Of a stretch of 64,000 nt of DNA, positions 40,754 to 50,487 are shown piece by piece (within the stretch, counting starts at the first letter, position 1; each line of letters begins with the position of its first letter). A program made the position numbers and the translations under genes. A model generated the notes under the pieces. That model made no database searches. It was given only the letters and a program-made list of their open reading frames with translations, and had not been told where the DNA came from. This DNA comes from Alistipes sp. (GTDB lineage: Bacteria > Bacteroidota > Bacteroidia > Bacteroidales > Rikenellaceae). The stretch covers positions 4,447 to 68,446 of the forward strand of contig JAFQRH010000007.1 of assembly GCA_017410165.1 (NCBI GenBank), written 5' to 3'.

Positions 40754-41506
40754 ATGTTAAAGAAGATTTTTACGGCAATCGCAGCACTGCTCGCATTTGG
40801 CGTTGCGCAAGCACAGACGCCGGACAACGACCTGCTCTTTGCCGAGATAAACAACAACGCATCGCAGTACTACTACCCCAACTTGATGATGCGTTACGAG
40901 GCGGGTGACACGCTCACCGACCACGAGTACCATTTCCTCTACTACGGTTTTGCCTTCCAGCCGCAATACAAGCCGTTGGAGACCAACCCGGGAATGGATC
41001 GCGTACAGGCAATTATGGCCCGTTTGGCTATCGACACGCCGTCGGTTGCCGACATTGACGAGTTGATTGCTGCCTGCACCGAGGCGATGGAGCGAGACCC
41101 ATTCTCGCCGAAACTGCTCAACATTCTGGCATACGCATACGGCACATCGGGCGACAAGGTGCGCGAAAAGCAATACTTCAACCATCTGAACGGCATACTG
41201 CACTGCATCGAGCGTTCGGGCTCGGGACTGAAAGAGAAAGAGCCGATGCATATAATTATGTTCTCGCACGGTTTGGACTACATAGCAGCCAAAGATTGGA
41301 ACTACCTGAAAGGCCGTATCGTGAGCCGAACGGTCGAATTTGTGCCATTCGAGCGACCACACAACAAGGTCAAGGGCTACTATTTCGATTATAGCCGCAT
41401 ATATTGGAACAAACCTGACAACTACACCTTCAAGCGCGAACGCACTTGGCAGTTCAACAACCTCAAACCGCGCGAATACAAGAGTTTGCGCAAGAGCGAC
41501 TATTAA
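40754..41506 (+). CDS. Secreted DUF4919-like protein
   Basis: Signal peptide (AQA-Q); YYYP.LM.RY.AGD.TLT..EY..LYYG. Confidence 0.75.
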   Translation: MLKKIFTAIAALLAFGVAQAQTPDNDLLFAEINNNASQYYYPNLMMRYEAGDTLTDHEYHFLYYGFAFQPQYKPLETNPGMDRVQAIMARLAIDTPSVADIDELIAACTEAMERDPFSPKLLNILAYAYGTSGDKVREKQYFNHLNGILHCIERSGSGLKEKEPMHIIMFSHGLDYIAAKDWNYLKGRIVSRTVEFVPFERPHNKVKGYYFDYSRIYWNKPDNYTFKRERTWQFNNLKPREYKSLRKSDY

Positions 41507-41564
41507 ACAGAGGTGGCGCACAATCGCACGCAAGCGGACGCCACAGAATATACACCGAAAACAA

Positions 41565-43610
41565 ATGAAGAGATTTTTCAACATATCGGCACTCGCCATT
41601 GCGCTCGGCGCACTACTGCTCTCGGTCGGCTGTGAGCCACATCCGCTACCCGCCGGCTCGTTTGTCGTGAATAGCGGCATTGTCGGCAATCGTTTGGAGT
41701 TGGAGGGTGCAGAGGGCGCATCGACACGATTTGCCATCACATCGGCTTTCGCTTGGGAGGTCGCTCCGTGCGAAGGCGTACATTTCGAGCCATCGTCGGG
41801 CGAAGCAGGAGAGAATATCACAATCACCGCAACCGCGCTGCAAGCGAACAACTCGTTGGACGAGGTGCGCTTGGGAGAGGTTACCTTCATTGTCGAGAGT
41901 ACGCGCTTTGTCGGCATCGAGGCCTTTCAGTTGCCGCAAATCGAGTTAGAGAGCGATGCGGAGCGTACGATATGGGTCGGTGCGGCAGCAGGCGAAAGCA
42001 ACACGTTCGACATCACCTGCTCGTCTCTCGATATCGAAGCTGTTGCCACGGGTGACGTCGAATGCAAGACGACAAACCTCGACGCAATAAGGAAGCGTTT
42101 TCGCGTGAGTGTCGCAGCAACGGCAGACAACCGCACGATGAAGGATGCGCTCGTCGGTCAAATTGGCTTCGAGGTAAATGGTGTTCGTCAAGCGGGCACA
42201 ATCGAGGTGCGCCAATACAAGGCAATCCGCACCACCGAACAGCACATCAAGGTTAATGGTTTGCGTGGCTCGACCTACACGCTTACGGTCGAGACCCCAT
42301 TCGAGTTCAACGCTATCTCCACATCGAAGGCGTTGTCGCTCGACTGCTCGGGAGCCGACGTCACCATAACGGCACTTGCCGAGAACACGGGCGAAGAGGT
42401 GGTAAAGATTGGCGATGTAGTCATCGCGCTCAAAGAGGACGATAGGTGCAGCGTTGCGTTGGAGGTATGGCAACGTCCGGCAAAAGCACCGACAACATTG
42501 ATGGTGTATATGCTCGGCACGGCACTAAAATCCTACTTTAAGAGCAACGTAAATATGATTTTGAAGGCGGTCGAGGCGGATATTCTCGGCGAGTCGCGCA
42601 TCGTCATATTCACCCAAAGCACAACACAAACAGGCGCGATATACGAGCCACAGTACGATACACGGACGGGCAAAGCGACTCTACACGAGATATGCACGGT
42701 CGATTTGCCGGTGCGCTACAACGGCGAGATGATGGCCGACATATTGAGTAAGATGGCAAAGGCGGCTCCGGCACACAACTACTCGCTGCTGTTCGGCTCG
42801 CACGCCAAAGGTTGGCTTCCGAAGGACACCTCGGCTTCGATGTTGCGTGCAGGTCGCAACCGCATCGAACGCATCTGGACCCCACTGCCGGGTATGCCGG
42901 ATGTGCGCCACGTAGGCGACAGCAGTACCACCCAAATCGACACCGACGAGTTTGCCGAGGCGATTACGGCGGCGGGTTTGAAGTTTGAGTTTATACTCTT
43001 CGATTGCTGTTATATGTCGAGCGTCGAGGCACTATACGATATGCGGGCAGCGGCACGCTACATCCTCGCTTCGCCTTGCGAAGTGATGGCGGCAGGTTTT
43101 CCGTACGATGAGATTCTGCCTTTGCTCGTGGGCAAGCAGTACGATTTGGATGGCGCGGCACGTAGTTTCGTCGATTTCTACCTGAGCGGGAATGCCATTT
43201 CGCGTGCGTCGGCTTGCGCGGCCGTTACCGACTGCGAACAATTGGAGTCGTTGGCAGAGGCGATGAAGCGCGTAAACAATGCACCGCAAAAGTCATACTC
43301 GGCGGCAGAGATTCAGCCGTACGACGGAGTGCACGTCACCAATAACCCGACACACATATTCTTCGACTTGGAGGATTTCGTGCTGCGTTCGTGCGCCGAC
43401 GAGCAGGCAGCATCGGCATTCGTCGAGCAGTTGAGCAAAACCGTCACGTCACGCTACCACACGCCGACATTCTTCTCGGTGTACAACGGTATGGACAACC
43501 CAATAAACTACTATTCGGGCATCACGACAAGCGCGCCAATAGAGAGTAACGACTCCTCGGCATATATCGACGAATGGCACGAAACGGCGTGGTACAAGGC
43601 GACACACTAA
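41565..43610 (+). CDS. Clostripain-family (C11) cysteine peptidase lipoprotein with N-terminal BACON-like domains
   Basis: Lipobox SVGC; SHAKGW (catalytic His) and FDCCYMS (catalytic Cys); ASPCEV, FFDLED, YSGI. Confidence 0.9.
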   Translation: MKRFFNISALAIALGALLLSVGCEPHPLPAGSFVVNSGIVGNRLELEGAEGASTRFAITSAFAWEVAPCEGVHFEPSSGEAGENITITATALQANNSLDEVRLGEVTFIVESTRFVGIEAFQLPQIELESDAERTIWVGAAAGESNTFDITCSSLDIEAVATGDVECKTTNLDAIRKRFRVSVAATADNRTMKDALVGQIGFEVNGVRQAGTIEVRQYKAIRTTEQHIKVNGLRGSTYTLTVETPFEFNAISTSKALSLDCSGADVTITALAENTGEEVVKIGDVVIALKEDDRCSVALEVWQRPAKAPTTLMVYMLGTALKSYFKSNVNMILKAVEADILGESRIVIFTQSTTQTGAIYEPQYDTRTGKATLHEICTVDLPVRYNGEMMADILSKMAKAAPAHNYSLLFGSHAKGWLPKDTSASMLRAGRNRIERIWTPLPGMPDVRHVGDSSTTQIDTDEFAEAITAAGLKFEFILFDCCYMSSVEALYDMRAAARYILASPCEVMAAGFPYDEILPLLVGKQYDLDGAARSFVDFYLSGNAISRASACAAVTDCEQLESLAEAMKRVNNAPQKSYSAAEIQPYDGVHVTNNPTHIFFDLEDFVLRSCADEQAASAFVEQLSKTVTSRYHTPTFFSVYNGMDNPINYYSGITTSAPIESNDSSAYIDEWHETAWYKATH

Positions 43611-43639
43611 ACGCGCCAAATGCGCTACGCGAGACGAAA

Positions 43640-43676
43640 TATCCCCGCAACCGACTCCTTCGTGTTGCGGGGATAT
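43640..43676. terminator. Bidirectional terminator
   Basis: ATATCCCCGCAAC/GTTGCGGGGATAT between convergent genes. Confidence 0.8.
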
Positions 43677-43695
43677 CTTTGTATTGCAGGTTACG

Positions 43696-45009
43696 CTATC
43701 GTGCTTTGCGATAGACCATTTGCAATCGCTCCGACATAAAGAACTGCACCACGCCTCGGAAGAACATATACGCCGTGAATGCCAACCACAAAGCATCGTT
43801 ACCAAGCAGCGGATGCAACGCGTAGTAGAGCAGGAAATACGCCGCAGTCGATACGAGCATCGAATTGCGCAGAACGCGCGTCAGCGTTGCACCGACCATA
43901 ATGCCATCCATAAGGAACGGTGTGCAGGCCGCCAACGGAATGGCAATAACCCATCCGACATATCGGCGAGCAACTTCGATAATCGACGACGCCTCGGCTG
44001 TTCCGTCACGCAGGAAGAGCGACAGGATATCCTCCCACCATCCGACATATATCGCGATACAGAAGAGGGCTGTACCGACACCCCAAAAGAGGATAAGACG
44101 CAATGCGTGGCGCAAAGACGCCTCGCTGCGCGCACCGACAAATCGGCCGGTGAGTGCTTCGGCGGCATAGGCAAAGCCGTCGTTCATATAGGAGAAGAGC
44201 GTGAATAGTTCCATCAGAATCGTATTCACGGCCAAAATCGTTGCACTCTCCATTCGCGCCGATGCCGCCGTAAAGAAGGTATAGACCGAACAGATGCAGA
44301 ACGTACGTATTATAATATCGGTATTGACACGGAAAAACTCGCGCATCGGTGCCATATCGAGCGCACGTCGCCAATCGATTCGTCGGAAAGTTTTGCGGAA
44401 GCAGACCAAGAGCAGCACCACCGAGAGCAACATTCCGCACCATTGCGCCACCACCGAGGCGTAGGCGATGCCGGCGATACCCATATCGAAGCCAAAGACG
44501 AACCACAAACTGCACAACACGTGCAGCACATTCACCACAATCGACGTACACATCGGAATTACGGCATTCTGCATACCTGTAAACCAACCATTCAGACCGA
44601 AGAGCATAATACCCGCAGGCACAGCCCAGATGCGGGCGTAGAAGTAGTCGGCAACCATATCGTCACCATTCATCAGCCATAGAGAGAACTCGCCGAGCGG
44701 ATATTGCAGGACGAGCATCAACACACCCAACGCCGCCGCAACCACCACTGCACGCAAGAGCATTGCGGTCGTCTCCTCGAAGTTGCCCGCACCGAACGCC
44801 TGCGCCGTAAAGCCACTCGTACCCATACGCACAAAGGAGCAGTTCCAATATATGAAGTTGAATATCGACACTCCGATAGCCAACGCTCCGATGGTATGCG
44901 CCGAGTCGCCCCAATGGCCCGCAATCGCAGTCGAAAAGATACCCATCAACGGAACGGTGATACTCGAAATCACGTTCGGCAATGCAAGACGAAATATCTC
45001 GCGATTCAT
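43696..45009 (-). CDS. MATE family transporter (DinF-like)
   Basis: LALPNVISSITVPL, FVRMGTSG.TAQA.GA, GWFTGMQN, DGFAYAAE.L.G; start 45009 or 45036. Confidence 0.92.
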   Translation of the reverse strand: MNREIFRLALPNVISSITVPLMGIFSTAIAGHWGDSAHTIGALAIGVSIFNFIYWNCSFVRMGTSGFTAQAFGAGNFEETTAMLLRAVVVAAALGVLMLVLQYPLGEFSLWLMNGDDMVADYFYARIWAVPAGIMLFGLNGWFTGMQNAVIPMCTSIVVNVLHVLCSLWFVFGFDMGIAGIAYASVVAQWCGMLLSVVLLLVCFRKTFRRIDWRRALDMAPMREFFRVNTDIIIRTFCICSVYTFFTAASARMESATILAVNTILMELFTLFSYMNDGFAYAAEALTGRFVGARSEASLRHALRLILFWGVGTALFCIAIYVGWWEDILSLFLRDGTAEASSIIEVARRYVGWVIAIPLAACTPFLMDGIMVGATLTRVLRNSMLVSTAAYFLLYYALHPLLGNDALWLAFTAYMFFRGVVQFFMSERLQMVYRKAR

Positions 45010-45092
45010 ATTGAGTTGTGTTGCGTTATGTGTCATCGTTCAATCGTTTGCTCAAAAAACTTTGCAAATATATTGATTTTTTTGTCGAAAAA

Positions 45093-45125
45093 TTTGCAAA
45101 ATTCGATTGGGGGGGGGTAAATTTG
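45093..45125 (+). promoter_or_regulatory. Promoter with a G9 tract in the -33/-7 spacer
   Basis: TTTG (45093-45096), 21-nt spacer ending in G9 (45109-45117), TAAATTTG (45118-45125). Confidence 0.7.
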
Positions 45126-45176
45126 CGGTAGTTTTCAGAGCCAAAGAGAGATAAACACACTAAAAACATAAGCGTT

Positions 45177-45599
45177 ATGAAGAGATTGTTTGTAATTCTT
45201 GCAGCGGCACTTACGTTGGCGTCTTGCGAGACCAAAGTGCAGGATGTGCCGGAGATCAGCGTAGAGCAATCCGAATACAGCGTATCATCGACGGGTGGCA
45301 CGATGATTATCCCCGTGTACTCGACCGGCATCGACGATGTGAGGATTTCGTACAAGTGGCACAGCGACGAGTGGGAGACCGACGAGAACGGCGATATGAC
45401 ACCGAAGGAGGGTTGGTGCAAAGTAGTGAAAGTCATCAACGACTACCAAGTAACGCGAGATTTGCCGGCGTGGCTGTCGGGGCTGCAAATCGAAATCAAA
45501 CCGAACGAAGTAGCAGCAGAGCGCACGGCGTACGTCACCGCCAGCAGCTTCACCAAATCGGTGGTAATAACCATCAACCAAACCGCAAAAATGGAGTAG
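45177..45599 (+). CDS. Small lipoprotein with BACON-like domain
   Basis: Lipobox LASC; GWC, IEIKPN....RTAYV, ITINQ. Confidence 0.8.
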   Translation: MKRLFVILAAALTLASCETKVQDVPEISVEQSEYSVSSTGGTMIIPVYSTGIDDVRISYKWHSDEWETDENGDMTPKEGWCKVVKVINDYQVTRDLPAWLSGLQIEIKPNEVAAERTAYVTASSFTKSVVITINQTAKME

Positions 45600-45623
45600 T
45601 TTTCCACGCGCATAACTACGACC

Positions 45624-45657
45624 AAAGAGCCCGTTCCGAAAAAGAACGGGCTTTTTT
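45624..45657 (+). terminator. Rho-independent terminator
   Basis: AAAGAGCCCGTTC/GAACGGGCTTTTTT. Confidence 0.8.
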
Positions 45658-45760
45658 CTGTCGCTTTCGGGTGGCGGCGCTTCACTATTATCAAAAATTG
45701 TGTACCTTTGCCGGCGAAGTCGTGAGACTTTAAGTATTAAAAGACAAACACAACAGAGAG

Positions 45761-46984
45761 ATGAAAGATTTTAACAGCGATTCGAGCAATGCCGTATCGC
45801 GTTTTGCAAAGGACAAACGTCTGCGCACGGCTCGCACCGAGCGTGTCGAGCGAACGGAGCAAAAAAGCAGCCGTTCGGGAGGTTTTGGCGCAACAAAGCG
45901 CACCTCGTACAACCCTAATTTCACATCGGACAACCGCCTCAAAGAGGGCTATCGCAGCGAGCGCAACGAAGGCCGTTCGCAGGGCGGCAAATTCTCGAAG
46001 CCGTACCACAGCGAGGGCGAGCGTTCGACGGGCAAGCGTTTCGGCGAGGGAAAGGCGTTCGGCGGCGAGCGCACATTCGAGCGTGGCGAGCGCCCGCAGG
46101 GTGGCAAGAAGTTCGGCGGAAAGTCGTTCGGCATCAAGCCATTCGGTGGTCGCAAGTCGGAGGGTGGAAAGCCGTTCGGCGGCGAGAAGAAATTCGGCAG
46201 CAAATCGTACGGCAAGCAGCGCGACGAGCGTCCGAAATCGTATCCTAAATACAATCCGAACAAGGTAACGGGCGAGATTCGTCTGAACCGCTTTGTTGCA
46301 CAGTCGGGCCTCTGCTCGCGTCGCGAGGCAGACGACTTTATCACGGCAGGTCTGGTCAGCGTGAACGGCATTATCGTTACGGAGCTCGGCACGAAGGTAA
46401 AACCGACGGACGAGGTGCGTTTCAACGACGAGCGTATTCAGGGCGAAAAGAATGTATATCTGGTACTTAACAAGCCAAAGGGGTATGTTACGACGTTGGA
46501 GGACGACCACGCCGAGAAGACCGTAATGGAGTTGGTCAAAGATGCTTGCACGGAGCGCATCTATCCGGTCGGCCGACTGGACAAGAACTCGCTCGGACTG
46601 TTGCTGTTCACCAACGATGGCGACGTAACACGCAACCTCACGCATCCGTCGCTGCGCAAGAAGAAGATTTACGAGGTGTCGCTCGACAAGCCACTCACAC
46701 GTGCCGATTTCGACCAGTTGGCCGAGGGCGTGACGTTGGAGGATGGCGAGGCGTTTTTCGACGAGATTTCGTGGCTCAAAGATGACAAAAAGTCGGTCGG
46801 CGTGGAGATTCACTCGGGTCGCAACCGCATCGTGCGCCGTATGTTCGAGCATCTTGGCTATCAGGTAACGAAGCTCGACCGTGTATATTACGCCGGACTT
46901 ACGAAGAAAAACCTCAAACGAGGTGCTTGGCGATTCCTCACAAACGACGAGGTAAACCGTATCAAGTCGGGTCGCTACGAATAG
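45761..46984 (+). CDS. rluB: rRNA pseudouridine synthase (RluB/RsuA family) with long low-complexity N-terminus
   Basis: S4 domain RLNRFVAQSGLCSRREAD; NKPKGY, YPVGRLDKNS.GLLL.TNDG, GRNR.VRRM. Confidence 0.88.
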   Translation: MKDFNSDSSNAVSRFAKDKRLRTARTERVERTEQKSSRSGGFGATKRTSYNPNFTSDNRLKEGYRSERNEGRSQGGKFSKPYHSEGERSTGKRFGEGKAFGGERTFERGERPQGGKKFGGKSFGIKPFGGRKSEGGKPFGGEKKFGSKSYGKQRDERPKSYPKYNPNKVTGEIRLNRFVAQSGLCSRREADDFITAGLVSVNGIIVTELGTKVKPTDEVRFNDERIQGEKNVYLVLNKPKGYVTTLEDDHAEKTVMELVKDACTERIYPVGRLDKNSLGLLLFTNDGDVTRNLTHPSLRKKKIYEVSLDKPLTRADFDQLAEGVTLEDGEAFFDEISWLKDDKKSVGVEIHSGRNRIVRRMFEHLGYQVTKLDRVYYAGLTKKNLKRGAWRFLTNDEVNRIKSGRYE

Positions 46985-47004
46985 GCGGCACATAGCCAGC
47001 AGAC

Positions 47005-47043
47005 AAGGGCTGTACGATCGGAGAAGGTCGGCAGCCCTTTTTG
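47005..47043 (+). terminator. Rho-independent terminator
   Basis: AAGGGCTG/CAGCCCTT followed by a T run. Confidence 0.75.
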
Positions 47044-47188
47044 TTTGGTTTGTCCAAAGAGATAAACAGGGATGGATATATGCACTATTTTGCCATTTTA
47101 CCCAAAAATAATGACAATTTACGTAGATATTTTCCACTCTTTTTTGCTATCTTTGTATAAAATTTTATACAAATCAACCTATAAAACA

Positions 47189-47962
47189 ATGAAACGAACC
47201 TTTTTAACCACAATTGTCGCGCTGCTGATAGCGGGCAACGCAATGGCGTGGGACAACCGTAGCCACTCGACCATTGCCCGTATTGCCGAAAAGCACCTGA
47301 CTCCGCGCGCAAAAGCAAACATCGAACGATATATCGACGGTCACAGCGTCGTATATTACGCATCGTGGATGGACTACAATCGTACATTCCCGCCTTATGA
47401 CGTAACGCACGATTGGCACGTCGATTATTGGACCGACGCACAGCGTACGGATGCCGAGGGTAATCCTCTGCCACCGCAGTCGGTCGATAACATCAAGCGC
47501 ATTATGAGAGAGATGAGCGACTTCCGTTCGATGCCCGACTCGGTAGTCAATATCAACATCAAGTATCTTGTTCATCTGGTCGGCGATATGCACTGTCCGG
47601 TACACGTCAATTTTGCAAAGTATCGTCCGTTGAAAATCAAGTGGGGCAAGGAGCAGATAAAGTATCACAAGTTCTACGACGGCTACATCATCGCCCTCAA
47701 ACACAAGAACGCTTCGCCTCTCGCGCTTGCCGACGAGCTCGACCGTGTGGATGATGCCCGCCGTGCAGAGTTGCAGGCAGGAACGCCCGACGATTGGCAC
47801 GAGGAGACACTCCGCTACTCGACCAAAAGTTACGAGTTGCTGCCCGAAGATAAGGTCATCACAGACAAGTATTTGAGTGAGGTTGCACCACTCGCAGAGC
47901 ATCTGCTTGTTGCCGCCGGCTATCGACTCGCACTGATTTTCAACACCATTTTCGACAAATAA
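47189..47962 (+). CDS. S1/P1 nuclease, copy 1 (secreted)
   Basis: AMA|WDNRSH, WMD, WH, HLVGDMHCPVH, YHKFYD, AGYRLA; ATG at 47189. Confidence 0.92.
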   Translation: MKRTFLTTIVALLIAGNAMAWDNRSHSTIARIAEKHLTPRAKANIERYIDGHSVVYYASWMDYNRTFPPYDVTHDWHVDYWTDAQRTDAEGNPLPPQSVDNIKRIMREMSDFRSMPDSVVNINIKYLVHLVGDMHCPVHVNFAKYRPLKIKWGKEQIKYHKFYDGYIIALKHKNASPLALADELDRVDDARRAELQAGTPDDWHEETLRYSTKSYELLPEDKVITDKYLSEVAPLAEHLLVAAGYRLALIFNTIFDK

Positions 47963-47975
47963 AAACGACCTGAAT

Positions 47976-48821
47976 ATGAAGAGATTACTTATATCAATCA
48001 TCGCCCTTCTCGCACTTTCGCCGATGGCAAAGGCGTGGAATGGCCCGTTGCACGCCGCCGTTGCCGAAATCGCCAACGTAAACCTCACACCGGAGGCGCG
48101 CAAGAACATCGAAGCCGCATTGGGCAACCACGGCATTGTATATTACGCCCACTGGATGGACGACGTAGCAAAGACCGAGGGCTACAAGCACGTGAGCAAG
48201 TGGCACAACGTACCACTGACGGCTAAAAACAAAATCATCCCTGCAAAGAAGGCCGCCAAATCGAAGAACGGCACAATCAGCAAGGCGTTGGCTATGGATG
48301 GTTTGGCTCGCGCCATTGCCGCAATCGAGAATCGCGACGCAATATCCGCCGAGGAGTTGAAGGACAACATCCGCTACGTCATCTACATCGTAGGCGACTT
48401 GCACTGTCCGTCGCACTACGTCTTTACGGATATGTTGGAGCAGCGCGCACTCAAATATTTCTATCACAAAGAGAAAAAGCCGCGTTCGTTTATGCGTTTT
48501 TGGGAGAGCGAGGCCATCACTTCGACCTTCTCGTGGCGACCAAGCGAGTTTGTGCACCAACTCAACCGTCTCTCGCCGGAGCAGATTGCCCGCCTGACCG
48601 AAGGCAGTGTCAGCGATTGGGTGAAAGGCAATGCCAAGACCTATCGTCAGATATACTCGCATTTGACACCTAACCAACACTTCGACAAGAAACAATACCG
48701 CATTTGGTTGAACAACTTCTACGAAATGGCGACCGACCAAATCGGCGTTGCCGGCTATCGTTTGGCGGCACTGCTCAACGGTCTGTTTGATGAGTCGGAG
48801 CCAAAAAAGAGCATAAAATAA
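47976..48821 (+). CDS. S1/P1 nuclease, copy 2 (secreted; zinc ligands partly replaced)
   Basis: AKA|WNGPLH, WMD, WH, YIVGDLHCPSH, FMRFWE, AGYRLA. Confidence 0.88.
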   Translation: MKRLLISIIALLALSPMAKAWNGPLHAAVAEIANVNLTPEARKNIEAALGNHGIVYYAHWMDDVAKTEGYKHVSKWHNVPLTAKNKIIPAKKAAKSKNGTISKALAMDGLARAIAAIENRDAISAEELKDNIRYVIYIVGDLHCPSHYVFTDMLEQRALKYFYHKEKKPRSFMRFWESEAITSTFSWRPSEFVHQLNRLSPEQIARLTEGSVSDWVKGNAKTYRQIYSHLTPNQHFDKKQYRIWLNNFYEMATDQIGVAGYRLAALLNGLFDESEPKKSIK

Positions 48822-48840
48822 CCTTCAAAACCAAGACACA

Positions 48841-49644
48841 ATGAAGACAAAACTCACCATACTGACAATCGCCCTCTCCGTATTTGCGGCGAGCACCGCG
48901 TGGGGTTGGGGTCGTGATGCACACGCAACCATCGCCTACATCGCCGAACGACACCTTACGCCGGAGGCAAAGCAAAATATCGAGGCACAAATCGACGGAC
49001 GTTCGATTGTATATTACGCATCGTGGATGGACAACCACGGCGAAGAGGTGCGCCAATGGCGTCACTCGGTATACTACGACCCAATTACACACAAACCAAC
49101 CGGTACGGCATATACCGAGTTGAATACGACTATCGAGAAGTTGCGCGACTACAAGTCGCTCTCGGAGCGTAAGCGCAAAGAGCATATCTACCATCTGGTA
49201 CACGCAATGGGCGACTTCCACTGCCCGGGTCACACCTACCTGTTGAGCGCAGATGGCAAGACCAAGGTCAATACGCACTACGACGTAGTGGGACACGACG
49301 GCAAAGTAACCAGATTCCACACAGTATGGGATTTGCACGTAATTCGCCACTTCCACTCGACATTCGGATATATGGACTTTGCCCACTCGCTCGACAATAA
49401 CCTCTCGCAGGATTATATCGACCACGTGACGGCCGGCAATCTCTACGATTGGTTGTGCGAGACCTGCAACGAGAGTTTGTGGATCTACGATATGGTTCCA
49501 AAGAAGCCGAAGGGCACTCCGAAAGCCGAACTCTCGCGCATCAATATCGTACAGTTGCAAGAGATGGGTCTGCTTGCCGACCGACAGATTGTCAAGGCGG
49601 GTTTGCGCCTGGCAAAGGTGATAAACGAAGTATTCGGGAAATAA
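48841..49644 (+). CDS. S1/P1 nuclease, copy 3 (secreted)
   Basis: AWG|WGRDAH, WMD, WRH, HAMGDFHCPGH, FHTVWD, AGLRLA. Confidence 0.92.
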   Translation: MKTKLTILTIALSVFAASTAWGWGRDAHATIAYIAERHLTPEAKQNIEAQIDGRSIVYYASWMDNHGEEVRQWRHSVYYDPITHKPTGTAYTELNTTIEKLRDYKSLSERKRKEHIYHLVHAMGDFHCPGHTYLLSADGKTKVNTHYDVVGHDGKVTRFHTVWDLHVIRHFHSTFGYMDFAHSLDNNLSQDYIDHVTAGNLYDWLCETCNESLWIYDMVPKKPKGTPKAELSRINIVQLQEMGLLADRQIVKAGLRLAKVINEVFGK

Positions 49645-49659
49645 TCAAATCATAACACA

Positions 49660-50478
49660 ATGAAACGAATCGTATTACTTACATTTGCGCTCCTCGCTCT
49701 GATTGCGCACGACGCGCTTGGTTGGGGACGTTTGGGCCACTACACGGCAGCCGAGATAGCAGAACGCCACCTAACGCCGGAGGCAAAACGTAACATCGAA
49801 CGCTACACGAACGGTACGCCACTCGCCGAGTACTCGGTTTGGATGGACCAAGTGGCAAAAGTACAGCCATACAAGAAACTTTTGCACGGTTGGCACGCCT
49901 CGATTGCAGACACAAAGTGCAAATCGACACCCGAGGTACGCGCAGAGTATCGCAAAAGTCGTGACGGCGTGACGGCAATGGAGTACTTTGCCGAGGAGTT
50001 GCGCAACCGTGAGCAGTTGAGCGACTCGGTAGTGCTGGCGGCCATCAAGTGCATCGTGCATATCATCCCCGACTACCACTGTCCGGCACACGTTCGCTTT
50101 ACCGACTATAAAAATAATGGCGGTTTTGACGTGATATTCTACAACAAACGTGTGCAGTACCACAAGGTGTGGGACTCGGGCGTCATTACGCGAGGTCGCA
50201 AGATTAAGGATTATAAGAAGTATGCCGACGTGCTCGACACCTACACGAAGAAGCAGATTGCACGCGCAACCAAAGGCGATGCGCAGGATTGGTTCGAGCG
50301 TGCAGCGCAACAGGTGCGACCAACCATTCACTCGGTAAAGGCGGGCGACACGTTGGGCGAAGAGTGGGTACAGGAGGTATTGCCTTTCGGCGAGCAGTTG
50401 CTCAAAGAGTCGGGCTACCGCTTGGCAAAGGCACTCAATACGCTATTTGGTGACGAAAAACCTAAAAAATCAAAATAA
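49660..50478 (+). CDS. S1/P1 nuclease, copy 4 (secreted)
   Basis: ALG|WGRLGH, WMD, WH, HIIPDYHCPAH, YHKVWD, SGYRLA. Confidence 0.92.
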   Translation: MKRIVLLTFALLALIAHDALGWGRLGHYTAAEIAERHLTPEAKRNIERYTNGTPLAEYSVWMDQVAKVQPYKKLLHGWHASIADTKCKSTPEVRAEYRKSRDGVTAMEYFAEELRNREQLSDSVVLAAIKCIVHIIPDYHCPAHVRFTDYKNNGGFDVIFYNKRVQYHKVWDSGVITRGRKIKDYKKYADVLDTYTKKQIARATKGDAQDWFERAAQQVRPTIHSVKAGDTLGEEWVQEVLPFGEQLLKESGYRLAKALNTLFGDEKPKKSK

Positions 50479-50487
50479 CACAAATCT

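Noticed and set aside
45900-46260. K(K/S/P)FGG-type repeats in the pseudouridine synthase N-terminus
   Set aside because: Long G/K/R-rich disordered extensions are common in this family in Bacteroidota and suggest no separate system
47351-49032. Identical 24-mer in S1/P1 copies 1 (47351-47374) and 3 (49009-49032) as gene conversion
   Set aside because: It covers the conserved VYYASWMD zinc-ligand motif rich in low-degeneracy codons, so protein constraint is enough to explain it
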